In this document: positions 1-9,144 of the stretch, in pieces
Position numbering within the stretch: position 1 is the stretch's first letter
Layout: each line of letters starts with the position of its first letter
NCBI GenBank assembly: GCA_947488545.1
Contig: CANKZE010000001.1
Span: forward strand, 17,054-81,053
Source: Bacteroidota bacterium
Lineage (GTDB): Bacteria; Bacteroidota; Bacteroidia; Flavobacteriales; Flavobacteriaceae
DNA length: 64,000 nucleotides
Direction of reading: 5' to 3'
Position numbers and translations under genes: made by a program
Notes under the pieces: generated by a model
Seen by the model: only the letters and a program-made list of their open reading frames with translations
The model's database searches: none
Told to the model about the DNA's origin: nothing

Positions 1-1224
1 TCTAACAACAGCTGGGGCAATTAAGGAAACTGCATTGTCAATTAATGTATTTAGAGTTGTAATATTCATCGGTTTTCCTGGCTGAGTAAGCTCATTCCAG
101 CGTTTCGCTAAGTAGCATTTGAATTGAGGGCTTAAGTAAAGATCTTTCCAGAATTTAGCTCCATCATTTCCACCGTCTGAAAATTGCCACACATTGGGAT
201 GACTTCGGTCGAAGCCCCATAAAAACAAATCGTTACCATAAGTTAAATTAAAATCCCAAATAGGTCCCGCTCTTAATTTTCCATTTCTGTCTTTGTGAAA
301 AAAAGTACTAAAATGATATCCGTCAGGATTACTCGCTAGTTCATTGGACAACATAAAATCTACAAAAGAGGGAATATCTATAATTGAAGGATAACCATCT
401 ACAGGGGAAAAATTATTTACAGCAGTTGTACTGGCTAGTCTATTAAATTCATTTTGAATATAATTGTTTTGTTGCGAAGTAACTTCTGTTGGTTTTGGTA
501 ATTCGTGAATAAAAACAGCATCATTTCCCGAAACATAGGACGGCATTGTCCAAGCTACAGGATCTCCACCAGTTAATTTATCGGATTTTGTAATATATCC
601 TCCTGAGAGCTCAGGCATTGTATTTTGAGTAGTAGTAATTTTGGTGACATTTACTCTTTGCGAATCTGCTTTTATTTTTTCTTGAAATAAATATAAACCT
701 CTATAATCCCCGTTTACAATTAACTCACAATATACGGTTCGAGGTGCATAATTACCCATATTTCTAGAAATGGCATAAGAAATATAATCTCTTACTAATG
801 ATGGTTCAAATGCCAATCCATTCAACACCCAATCATTTTCCGAAGGCATCCCAAGCAAAGAAACATTATTGTTTGAAACATTATCTGCTAATCTCGTTGT
901 TAATCCATAACTTTTTTTCTCCACAGATTGAGAACTAGATCCTCTAATTTCAATATCTATTCTTCCATTGTAATTTAAAGAAGCTGCGTTATTTTGATCG
1001 GTGACAAAATTTTGAATTCCGGGCCCATTATATATAATTTTCATATTTCCCAATATTCTAGGATCATCCAAAATAGTAGCAGAATTATCAGTATTTATTA
1101 TAATTATCGGGAGGTTACTACTTGTAAATACTTGAGAAAAAGTACTTAATTGAATAAATACTAATAAAATAATTAGAAATAGATTACGGATTATTTTTTT
1201 GTCAATAGCGCTATTGTATTGCAT
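1..1224 (-). CDS. CotH kinase family secreted protein (3' end runs off window)
   Basis: Not in the ORF track. Hand translation from ATG at 1224 gives MQYNSAIDKKIIRNLFLIILLVFIQLSTFSQVFTSSNLPIIIINT...IEIRGSSSQ..KKSY...DWVL...RDYISY...GPIWDFN: a signal peptide plus CotH-family motifs. Confidence 0.85.
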   Translation of the reverse strand, partial: MQYNSAIDKKIIRNLFLIILLVFIQLSTFSQVFTSSNLPIIIINTDNSATILDDPRILGNMKIIYNGPGIQNFVTDQNNAASLNYNGRIDIEIRGSSSQSVEKKSYGLTTRLADNVSNNNVSLLGMPSENDWVLNGLAFEPSLVRDYISYAISRNMGNYAPRTVYCELIVNGDYRGLYLFQEKIKADSQRVNVTKITTTQNTMPELSGGYITKSDKLTGGDPVAWTMPSYVSGNDAVFIHELPKPTEVTSQQNNYIQNEFNRLASTTAVNNFSPVDGYPSIIDIPSFVDFMLSNELASNPDGYHFSTFFHKDRNGKLRAGPIWDFNLTYGNDLFLWGFDRSHPNVWQFSDGGNDGAKFWKDLYLSPQFKCYLAKRWNELTQPGKPMNITTLNTLIDNAVSLIAPAVVR

Positions 1225-1373
1225 ATTAAGTAATTGGTTGATTTCTTGTAAAAATACTTAAAAAATATCATAATCAATAATGATTAAGTAAAATAACCTA
1301 TTTAAGTTGAGTTATTTGAATAAATAAAAATCAATAATAGTTTAAACGTAATGAAAGTGATCGACAAAAAAAA

Positions 1374-3197
1374 TTATTGATATTTAACCAATTCTGGCTT
1401 TGAGATTCCAAAATTTTCAAGGCCAAAATCATTGGTTCGAATAGCATTCGTTTTAAATAGTGAACCACCATCAAGCGGTAAATTAGGATAGTATGAAAAG
1501 GATAATTGAAACGATTTAAATACCAAATAATCATTACTAATAATTACACCCACTCCTATTTGGGAATACAGTTTACTAGAAAATATTTTTTGATTGTCAT
1601 CGCCAATTAATCCCATTGTGTATCTAAAATAGGGGTTCAGACGAAATCCAGTAACTTTCCAAGGTGAATATCCTTGCGTTTGAAAACTGATTAATAATTT
1701 TTTAGTTCCAAAAAGAGATTGGCTGTTAAACCCATTAATTCCTGAATCACCATTAAGAGTTATTCTATCAGATAGAACGTTGGGCCTGTTCATCCCAATA
1801 ACCACTTCAGGATTTATGAATTGCCGAAATTTCCAACTACCAATTTCTTTCAATTCAGTAAAATAAATAGCTTTAAATACTGCTGCACTTTCTTCAATAG
1901 TTCCATTATTAAAATAGGTTCCATATTCAAAGTTAGTTCCTAAGTATCCAAAATTGAAGAAGTTACCAAAGGAGGCTTTTCCTCCAATATAAGTTCTATT
2001 GATCTTATTTTTATTCTGAAATCCAGCCGTTAAAGAGTAAATAAAACCAGCGGCAATATCTTCAACAATATTAAAATTGAAAATATATTTATCCTGAATA
2101 TACTTCCTTGAAGCAACTCCTATACTTGCAATATATAACTTTTCATTGGCGTATGTTCCAAGAATGTCGTTGATAATTATTGGGTTTTCAATAAAATTTT
2201 TATTGTAAAGTCGGGCCGTTGTAAAGAAGTTAGTACTTCGTTCGTATTCTGAATTTCCTTTAAATAGTCGTACAGAATGTCCAGCCCAATAATCGCGATA
2301 GTCGGCTTTATAACGCTGAAGCTCTTGAGTTTGCATGGGTGTAAACGTCAATTGACTTCCATAAACTTGGCTCAATGAAAATCCACCCGCCCATTTTGTA
2401 AACGTAGAATAAAATGGCCTTTCAACGCTAACCATTTTGGTATAATTTTGATCGAAATCAATCGAATACGCTAGTGTTGTTTTTATAAATGTATTTTTAA
2501 TATTTGGAATGATATAACTTCCACTATAACCGTCGTGAATTCCCATAAAATTTTTGGAATAGGAATTAGAAAATTCGTGTCCAAGCCCAAAAAAGTTCTT
2601 TTCACTTAATATAAATGTTGATTGAGTATTGGTAAGATCTAACTCTGGAAGCGCACTCCAAGAATCCAATATTCGTATAGAGATATCAACAGAATCTTTA
2701 GAAACCAATCTTGTATTTAAAGCCAATTCACTTACGTACCATTGGCTCCTTATTAAACGTGCAGATTCTTTTACTAATAGGGAGTCTAAGGGTTCGTTTT
2801 CCCTCATTAATAGTAAATTTTTTATAGCTAATTTTTTGGTTTTTATATGAAGTGAATTTCCTGCTCGAAGGAAAAAATTCTTGGGAATTTCAGTACTATC
2901 ATTTGCAGAATAACCAAATGGATCGAAGGTATTAATGTTAATATTTCGGATTATTTTACCTTCGTATGTAGCAAATTTTGTTTTTCTAACTTTATTGAAT
3001 GCATTTTTTTTTGTTTCTGATTTGTAAATAGGTTCAAAGATAAGTTTGTATATAAATTTAGTGAATTTATGCTTATTAGAATACACCTGAATTTTGCTAT
3101 ATTTTTTAGTTTCCTCTTTAGTTTTCGTAGTGTCTTGCGCCATTGAAAAATGACAGCTAAAGAGAACCAAAAAAATAATTAGACTTCTAAAATGCAT
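1374..3197 (-). CDS. Outer-membrane beta-barrel protein, possibly BamA/TamA-like
   Basis: 607 aa ORF with a signal peptide, a POTRA-like segment (ESARLIRS...NFFGLGH) and aromatic-rich beta-strand pattern. Confidence 0.6.
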   Translation of the reverse strand: MHFRSLIIFLVLFSCHFSMAQDTTKTKEETKKYSKIQVYSNKHKFTKFIYKLIFEPIYKSETKKNAFNKVRKTKFATYEGKIIRNININTFDPFGYSANDSTEIPKNFFLRAGNSLHIKTKKLAIKNLLLMRENEPLDSLLVKESARLIRSQWYVSELALNTRLVSKDSVDISIRILDSWSALPELDLTNTQSTFILSEKNFFGLGHEFSNSYSKNFMGIHDGYSGSYIIPNIKNTFIKTTLAYSIDFDQNYTKMVSVERPFYSTFTKWAGGFSLSQVYGSQLTFTPMQTQELQRYKADYRDYWAGHSVRLFKGNSEYERSTNFFTTARLYNKNFIENPIIINDILGTYANEKLYIASIGVASRKYIQDKYIFNFNIVEDIAAGFIYSLTAGFQNKNKINRTYIGGKASFGNFFNFGYLGTNFEYGTYFNNGTIEESAAVFKAIYFTELKEIGSWKFRQFINPEVVIGMNRPNVLSDRITLNGDSGINGFNSQSLFGTKKLLISFQTQGYSPWKVTGFRLNPYFRYTMGLIGDDNQKIFSSKLYSQIGVGVIISNDYLVFKSFQLSFSYYPNLPLDGGSLFKTNAIRTNDFGLENFGISKPELVKYQ

Positions 3198-3397
3198 TTT
3201 AATTTAATTTAAATTTCGAGTTTTTTATACATTTTTAATTGGCATTCCGCCAAATCCACAAGGATTACAGAGATTTACTAAAGTAATATTTATAACGGTA
3301 ACTCAATTTAATATTATGTTAAATTAGTAAAAGAGTCTGTGAATAAAAAAACCCGAAAAAATCGGGCATGAAATAGACAACTATAAAAAAAATATTC

Positions 3398-4723
3398 TTA
3401 AAGGTGTTCTCCGTGTTGGGAGATATCTAAACCAAGTTCTTCTTTATCTTCACTTACTCTGAGTGGAGTGATTTTATTTATAATAAAAAATAAGAAATAA
3501 GATACCGAAAATGCAAATACTGAAACTAGAACAAGCGCTTTCAATTGGATTAGGAATAGACTGCCATCACCATAAATCAAACCTTGATTATCACCTACAA
3601 TAGAATTTACTGATTTTGATGCGAACACACCCGTAAGCAACATCCCGACCATACCGCCTACTCCGTGACAGGCAAAAACGTCGAGGGCGTCGTCCACTTT
3701 TCCTTTTGGAAATTTAGACACGATAAGATTGCTAGTTATACTTGCGATTAAACCAATTGCTAATGATGATGGTATTGTAACAAACCCAGCCGCAGGAGTT
3801 ATGGCTACTAAACCAACTACAGCTCCAATACATGCTCCCATTGCTGACAATTTATGTCCCTGAATTTTATCAAGAAACACCCATCCCATTGCGGCAGCTG
3901 CAGCGGCTACAGTTGTAGTTCCGAGTGCTTGAGCAGCCAAGCCATTGGCACCAACTGCAGATCCTGCATTGAACCCAAACCAACCAAACCATAATAATCC
4001 AGTTCCTAACAATACATAGGTAATACGAGCAGGGTTTGTCTTTTGAACTTTCCTTTTTCCTAAGAATATAGCTCCTGCTAATGCGGCCCAACCTGCACTC
4101 ATATGAACAACTGTTCCTCCAGCAAAATCTAAAACTCCCCATCGAAATAATAACCCTTCAGGATGCCAAGTCATATGACATAAAGGAGAATATACAAACA
4201 CAATAAATAACACCATGAATAATAGGTAAGCCCAAAAACGAACTCTCTCGGCAAAAGCACCAGTGATTAAAGCAGGAGTAATAATTGCGAATTTTGCTTG
4301 GAATAATGCGTATAATATAAATGGAATTGTAGGAGCTAATTCCCAAGCACTTTTGGCGTTTACACCATTAAATAAGAAGTTAGATGACGGATCTCCAATA
4401 AATCCTTCAATTGAAGGACCGAAGCACAACCCAAATCCAATCACAACCCATAATACAGAAACAATTACCATTGCCATGTAACTTTGTAATACCGTACTAA
4501 TAACATTCTTTTTTCCGACCATTCCGCCATAAAAGAATCCCAATCCAGGTGTCATTAATAAAACTAAACCTGTAGCAACAAGCATCCAAGCGGTATCTCC
4601 TGTATCTATTTTTAATGGAATAATATGAGCGCCTAAAACTGTAGTTTCTGGAAATAAATAAATTGAAAAAACGGAAAGCATCAATATTGTGATTAGTATC
4701 ACACTTAAAATAATTTTTCTCAT
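3398..4723 (-). CDS. amt: Ammonium transporter (Amt family)
   Basis: Motifs DFAGGTVVH, LLWFGWFGFNAGS, DDALDVFACHG. ATG at 4723 (MRKIIL) preferred over the ORF-track start at 4744. Confidence 0.95.
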   Translation of the reverse strand: MRKIILSVILITILMLSVFSIYLFPETTVLGAHIIPLKIDTGDTAWMLVATGLVLLMTPGLGFFYGGMVGKKNVISTVLQSYMAMVIVSVLWVVIGFGLCFGPSIEGFIGDPSSNFLFNGVNAKSAWELAPTIPFILYALFQAKFAIITPALITGAFAERVRFWAYLLFMVLFIVFVYSPLCHMTWHPEGLLFRWGVLDFAGGTVVHMSAGWAALAGAIFLGKRKVQKTNPARITYVLLGTGLLWFGWFGFNAGSAVGANGLAAQALGTTTVAAAAAAMGWVFLDKIQGHKLSAMGACIGAVVGLVAITPAAGFVTIPSSLAIGLIASITSNLIVSKFPKGKVDDALDVFACHGVGGMVGMLLTGVFASKSVNSIVGDNQGLIYGDGSLFLIQLKALVLVSVFAFSVSYFLFFIINKITPLRVSEDKEELGLDISQHGEHL

Positions 4724-4890
4724 CGCCTTTGATATTACTAGCAATAAATGTAAAAAAATCTATGACAACCCCATATATTAAATTTATACAATAATAAATT
4801 TTTATTAAATCAATAATAATACGCCATAAATTTTAGGGGTAAACTAAAAATAATAACAAAAAATGTAAATTTAATAACGGCATTTATTAC

Positions 4891-4923
4891 AAAAAAAACC
4901 TGCATGAATTAACAAGCAGGTTT
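4891..4923 (-). terminator. Intrinsic terminator after kynU
   Basis: Plus strand aaaaaaaacctgc...gcaggttt: hairpin followed by a U-tract on the minus strand. Confidence 0.7.
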
Positions 4924-4943
4924 AAATATAAATTTGTAATATG

Positions 4944-6218
4944 TTATTTTAAAATTCCTCTTTTTAATATTTGACCAAATTCATACATATCTTCAAAAGA
5001 ACAATATAAAGGTGCTGGAGCAAATCGGATTACGTTTGGCTCTCTCCAATCTACAATTACACCATTTGCCATTAAATAATCAAATAAAGCCCTGCCTTCA
5101 CCATGTAGCAATACTGATAATTGACTTCCTCGTTGACTAGGATCTGCGGGTGTAATTATCTCAAAAGACCCTTTTACTTCCCTGGAAATTTCTAATATAA
5201 TAAATTCCAAATAAGAAGTGATTTTGTTTCTTTTCTCAATAATGGCGTCCATACCAATTTCGTCAAACATTTCTACCGATGCTAAATAAGGCGCAAGAGA
5301 AAGTACAGGTAAACAACTGACTTGCCAACCATTTGCCCCGCGAACAGGGTCAAATTTAGGCTCCATTTTAAAACGTCTTTCTTTATTATGACCCCACCAA
5401 CCAGCAAATCTGTTAAGATTCATATTGTTATGGTGTTTTTCATGTATAAAGCAACCAGAAGCATTTCCTGGTCCGGAATTCATGTATTTATAGCTGCACC
5501 AGCAAGCGAAATCTACATCCCAATCGTGTAACTCCAATTTGATATTTCCTGCTGCATGTGCTAAATCCCAGCCTACAAAAGCGCCAACTTTATGTCCAGC
5601 TTCAGTGATTGTTTTCATATCAAAAACTTGCCCAGTGTAATAATTTAAACCACCAATTAATACTAAAGCTAATTCATCTCCCAATTCTTCAATCTTAGCT
5701 AAAATATCTTCTAATCGAAGATTGTGCTCTCCTTCTCTACGATGAATTTCCACAATTGCCTCATCTGGATTATAACCATGAAATTGCACTTGGCTTTGCA
5801 TCATATATTGATCACTTGGAAACGCTTTGGCTTCGCAAAGAATTTTAAATTTTTTAGGTTGTGGTTTATAAAATGACACCATTAACAAATGAAGATTCAC
5901 AGTTAAAGTATTCATAACAGTAACTTCAGAAGGCAGAGCGCCAACAATATTACTTAACGGTTTAGCAAATCGCTCGTGGTAATCCAACCAAGGTTTTTCA
6001 GCATAAAAATACCCTTCAACAGCTAGATTTTGCCAATCGTTCATAATATCATCCACATATTTTTTTGCTCTATTGGAAAGCAAACCGAGAGAATTTCCTG
6101 TGAAATATATTGCTTGCTTGCCATTAACTTTAGGAAAATAAAACTCTTTTCTATATTCTTTTAAATGGTCTTGAGAGTCAAGTTCTTTAGCGAATTCAAG
6201 TGTATTTTGGAATGTCAT
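4944..6218 (-). CDS. kynU: Kynureninase
   Basis: YFTGNSLGL, DLAHAAGN, PLP-lysine motif WCSYKYMNSGPG, GWWGH. Confidence 0.95.
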   Translation of the reverse strand: MTFQNTLEFAKELDSQDHLKEYRKEFYFPKVNGKQAIYFTGNSLGLLSNRAKKYVDDIMNDWQNLAVEGYFYAEKPWLDYHERFAKPLSNIVGALPSEVTVMNTLTVNLHLLMVSFYKPQPKKFKILCEAKAFPSDQYMMQSQVQFHGYNPDEAIVEIHRREGEHNLRLEDILAKIEELGDELALVLIGGLNYYTGQVFDMKTITEAGHKVGAFVGWDLAHAAGNIKLELHDWDVDFACWCSYKYMNSGPGNASGCFIHEKHHNNMNLNRFAGWWGHNKERRFKMEPKFDPVRGANGWQVSCLPVLSLAPYLASVEMFDEIGMDAIIEKRNKITSYLEFIILEISREVKGSFEIITPADPSQRGSQLSVLLHGEGRALFDYLMANGVIVDWREPNVIRFAPAPLYCSFEDMYEFGQILKRGILK

Positions 6219-6300
6219 AAATTCATTTTTTATATTGGTAAAAATAGAAAAAATATAGCACTTATGAATTTAAAAAATCAGAATTAATTTTGTGTAAACA

Positions 6301-6331
6301 AAAAAATCTCGCCTTTTCAGACGAGATTTTT
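6301..6331 (-). terminator. Intrinsic terminator after queA
   Basis: aaaaaatctcg...cgagattttt inverted repeat with flanking A/T tracts. Confidence 0.75.
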
Positions 6332-6350
6332 CAAGAGGTATTATTTCTAA

Positions 6351-7400
6351 TTAGATGATTAACATCGCATCACCATAAGAATAAAATCTATAATTTTCTT
6401 TCACTGCAATTTCATAAGCTTCTTTCATTAAATCGTGACCACAAAAAGCAGAAATCATCATTAATAAAGTTGATTTTGGAGTATGGAAATTGGTAATCAT
6501 ACAATTTGCGATACTAAAATCGTGTGGAGGGAAAATAAATTTATTAGTCCATCCATCATATGGATTTAATGTTCTTTGTGAAGAAACAGAACTTTCAATT
6601 GCACGCATTGAAGTAGTTCCTACAGCGCAAATGCGTTTTTTACCAAGTTTGGCAGCATTTACAATATCACAAGCTTCTTGCGTTATTTTTAGTTCCTCAG
6701 AATCCATTTTATGTTTCGATAAATCTTCAACTTCTACTGGATTAAAAGTCCCTAAACCAACGTGTAAGGTTACTTCCGCAAATCCAACTCCTTTGATTTC
6801 TAACTTTTTCAAAAGGTGTTTCGAAAAGTGCAAACCTGCAGTTGGAGCAGCTACAGCACCTTCTTCTTTAGCATAAATTGTTTGGTAACGATCCGCATCT
6901 TCTGGAGTTACTTCTCTGTTTATATATTTTGGGATTGGAGTTTCACCTAATTCAGTTAATTTTTTTCGGAATTCATCATAAGGTCCGTCAAAAAGGAAAC
7001 GCAATGTTCTTCCACGAGATGTGGTGTTGTCAATTACTTCAGCAACAAGTAAATCATCGTCACCGAAATAAAGTTTGTTCCCAATTCTGATTTTTCGTGC
7101 TGGATCTACCAAAACGTCCCAAAGACGTTGCTCTGCATTCAATTCTCTTAACAAGAAAACTTCAATTCTCGCTCCAGTTTTTTCTTTATTTCCATACAAA
7201 CGAGCAGGAAAAACTTTAGTATTATTAAGAATCATTACATCTCCATCATCAAAATAATCGATAACATCTTTGAACATTTTATGCTCAATAGTTTTCTTTT
7301 CACGGTTGATAACCATTAATCGAGATTCATCTCTGTTTTCTGCTGGAAATTCAGCTAATAGTTCTTTAGGTAAATTGAATTGAAAATGTGATAATTTCAT
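6351..7400 (-). CDS. queA: SAM:tRNA ribosyltransferase-isomerase
   Basis: [44 protein letters not shown]. Confidence 0.97.
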   Translation of the reverse strand: MKLSHFQFNLPKELLAEFPAENRDESRLMVINREKKTIEHKMFKDVIDYFDDGDVMILNNTKVFPARLYGNKEKTGARIEVFLLRELNAEQRLWDVLVDPARKIRIGNKLYFGDDDLLVAEVIDNTTSRGRTLRFLFDGPYDEFRKKLTELGETPIPKYINREVTPEDADRYQTIYAKEEGAVAAPTAGLHFSKHLLKKLEIKGVGFAEVTLHVGLGTFNPVEVEDLSKHKMDSEELKITQEACDIVNAAKLGKKRICAVGTTSMRAIESSVSSQRTLNPYDGWTNKFIFPPHDFSIANCMITNFHTPKSTLLMMISAFCGHDLMKEAYEIAVKENYRFYSYGDAMLII

Positions 7401-7449
7401 TTAGAATAAATTATTAGTTATGGTTTTGAGTCTAATTCAAAATCGTGTG

Positions 7450-7457
7450 CAAATATA
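7450..7457 (-). promoter_or_regulatory. Bacteroidota housekeeping -7 promoter element (TATATTTG) for queA
   Basis: Exact TAnnTTTG match about 50 nt upstream of the start codon. Confidence 0.6.
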
Positions 7458-7501
7458 CGATTGTGAGACAGGCGTTGTCAAGTGTTTTCGGGTTTATTTA
7501 T

Positions 7502-7531
7502 CCTCACCCCAACCCTCTCCGAAGGAGAGGG
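7502..7531. repeat. GC-rich REP-like palindrome
   Basis: cctcaccccaa followed by ccctctcc-gaa-ggagaggg, a perfect 8-bp stem in an AT-rich spacer. Confidence 0.65.
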
Positions 7532-7571
7532 AAAAGAAAATCGTCTTTAAGACCAGTGAATTAAGGGTTTG

Positions 7572-8795
7572 TTACGAAATCTCAAATCCAACTTTTTTTA
7601 AATCACTCCAAAAATTTGGATATGATTTTGAAACAACCTCAGCATTTTCAATATTTATATTTGTTTTTAATGCTAAAGGTGCAAATGCCATAGCCATTCT
7701 ATGATCGTTATAGGTTGCAATATTCTGATTTGAATTAATTGAATTTGTAGGTTCTATTTGCAAACTATCATCAGTTATTGAAATTGAAGCACCTAATTTT
7801 GAAAGTTCATTTTGAAGTGCTTCCAAACGATCAGTTTCTTTTATTTTTAGAGTTTGCAAACCTGTTAATTCACATGAAATTCCTAATCCAAAAGCGGTTA
7901 CCGCAATTGTTTGAGCAATATCGGGAGCGCAATTTAAGTCTAACTTTAAATTTTGATTAATCGGCTTTGCATTTTTTATCAGTTTGATTTTTCCATCTTC
8001 AAAATGAGTTTCAACTCCCATTTGCTGATAAATTGTGGCCAAAACAGCATCGCCTTGCAAACTATTTTCTTTAAAACTAGAAAGTTCAATTTTGGTTCCT
8101 TCTTTTGAAAGTGCAATTATTGAATAAAAATAGGATGCAGAACTCCAATCTGATTCTACAATTATGGTTTTAGGTTTTGGATCTTGGGATTTTGGTTTTA
8201 CAATAATTAAATTTCCAACAAAAGAGGTCTTAACACCAATTTCTTGAAGTAATTTCAAAGTCATATTGATAAAAGAAGCGGAAGTAATTTCTCCAATTAA
8301 TTCCAATTCCAATCCGTTTTGGAGGCTTGGCGCAATTAACAAAAGTGCAGAAATGTATTGGCTACTCACATTTGCTGGAAGTGAAACCCGAGTAGCTATA
8401 AGTTTTTGACCTGTAATTTTTATTGGAGGAAAACCGTCGTTTTCAATATATTCAATCTCAGCTCCTAATTGCCTTAAAGCATTAACTAAAATTTTTATTG
8501 GGCGTTCTTTCATTCTTGTAGAGCCAGTTAACAATACCGTTTTGCTTTCTTGTGATGCAAAATAGGCCGTTAAAAAACGCATTGCCGTTCCTGCGTGGTG
8601 AACATCAATTGTTTGGTTGTTGGAGGTCAACGCCGAGTTCATAACTTCTGAATCATCAGAATTAGAGGCGTTTTCAATAACGATATTTGGATAAAGGGCT
8701 TTTAGCAATAACAATCTATTGGTTTCCGATTTGGAACCTGTGATAATGATTTTTGAACTTGGATTTATGTCTTTTGCGGTAAGCCTTACGTTCAT
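7572..8795 (-). CDS. aroA: EPSP synthase
   Basis: GSKSETNR, AGTAMRF, SSQYISALL, KETDRL, DHRMAMAF, KSYPNFW. Confidence 0.96.
   Translation of the reverse strand: MNVRLTAKDINPSSKIIITGSKSETNRLLLLKALYPNIVIENASNSDDSEVMNSALTSNNQTIDVHHAGTAMRFLTAYFASQESKTVLLTGSTRMKERPIKILVNALRQLGAEIEYIENDGFPPIKITGQKLIATRVSLPANVSSQYISALLLIAPSLQNGLELELIGEITSASFINMTLKLLQEIGVKTSFVGNLIIVKPKSQDPKPKTIIVESDWSSASYFYSIIALSKEGTKIELSSFKENSLQGDAVLATIYQQMGVETHFEDGKIKLIKNAKPINQNLKLDLNCAPDIAQTIAVTAFGLGISCELTGLQTLKIKETDRLEALQNELSKLGASISITDDSLQIEPTNSINSNQNIATYNDHRMAMAFAPLALKTNINIENAEVVSKSYPNFWSDLKKVGFEIS
8165..8199 (-). repeat. In-frame degenerate heptamer array inside aroA
   Basis: mRNA strand AAAACCA AAATCCC AAGATCC AAAACCT AAAACCA, encoding KPKSQDPKPKT. 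Confidence 0.55.
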
Positions 8796-9121
8796 TATTT
8801 CAATTTTTCATTGTCATGATGGCGGTCTTTATCACGAATAGATTTTAGATCCATTTTTTTATCAAAAGCGGCCTGAAGGTCAATTCCTGTTTGATTTGCG
8901 AGACAAAGAACTACAAAAACTACATCGGCTAATTCTTCACCTAGGTCTTTGTTTTTATCAGATTCTTTTTCCGACTGTTCTCCATATCGGCGAGCAATAA
9001 TACGAGCCACTTCACCTACTTCTTCTGTAAGTTGAGCCATATTTGTGAGTTCATTAAAGTAACGAACTCCGTGTTCTTTGATCCAATTATCAACTTCTAA
9101 TTGGGAGTTTTTTAGATTCAT
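8795..9121 (-). CDS. MazG-like nucleotide pyrophosphohydrolase
   Basis: LTEEVGEVAR...LGEELADV all-alpha NTP-PPase motif. Confidence 0.9.
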   Translation of the reverse strand: MNLKNSQLEVDNWIKEHGVRYFNELTNMAQLTEEVGEVARIIARRYGEQSEKESDKNKDLGEELADVVFVVLCLANQTGIDLQAAFDKKMDLKSIRDKDRHHDNEKLK

Positions 9122-9144
9122 ATCACTTAAATTATATTTGCAAA

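Noticed and set aside
3398-4723. amt without an adjacent glnK/PII gene
   Set aside because: True for this window, but a PII gene may lie elsewhere in the genome, so it is not informative on its own.
7420-7704. 94-aa plus-strand ORF and the many other short antisense or overlapping ORFs
   Set aside because: They overlap well-supported genes or repeats and show no recognisable motifs; treated as shadow ORFs.
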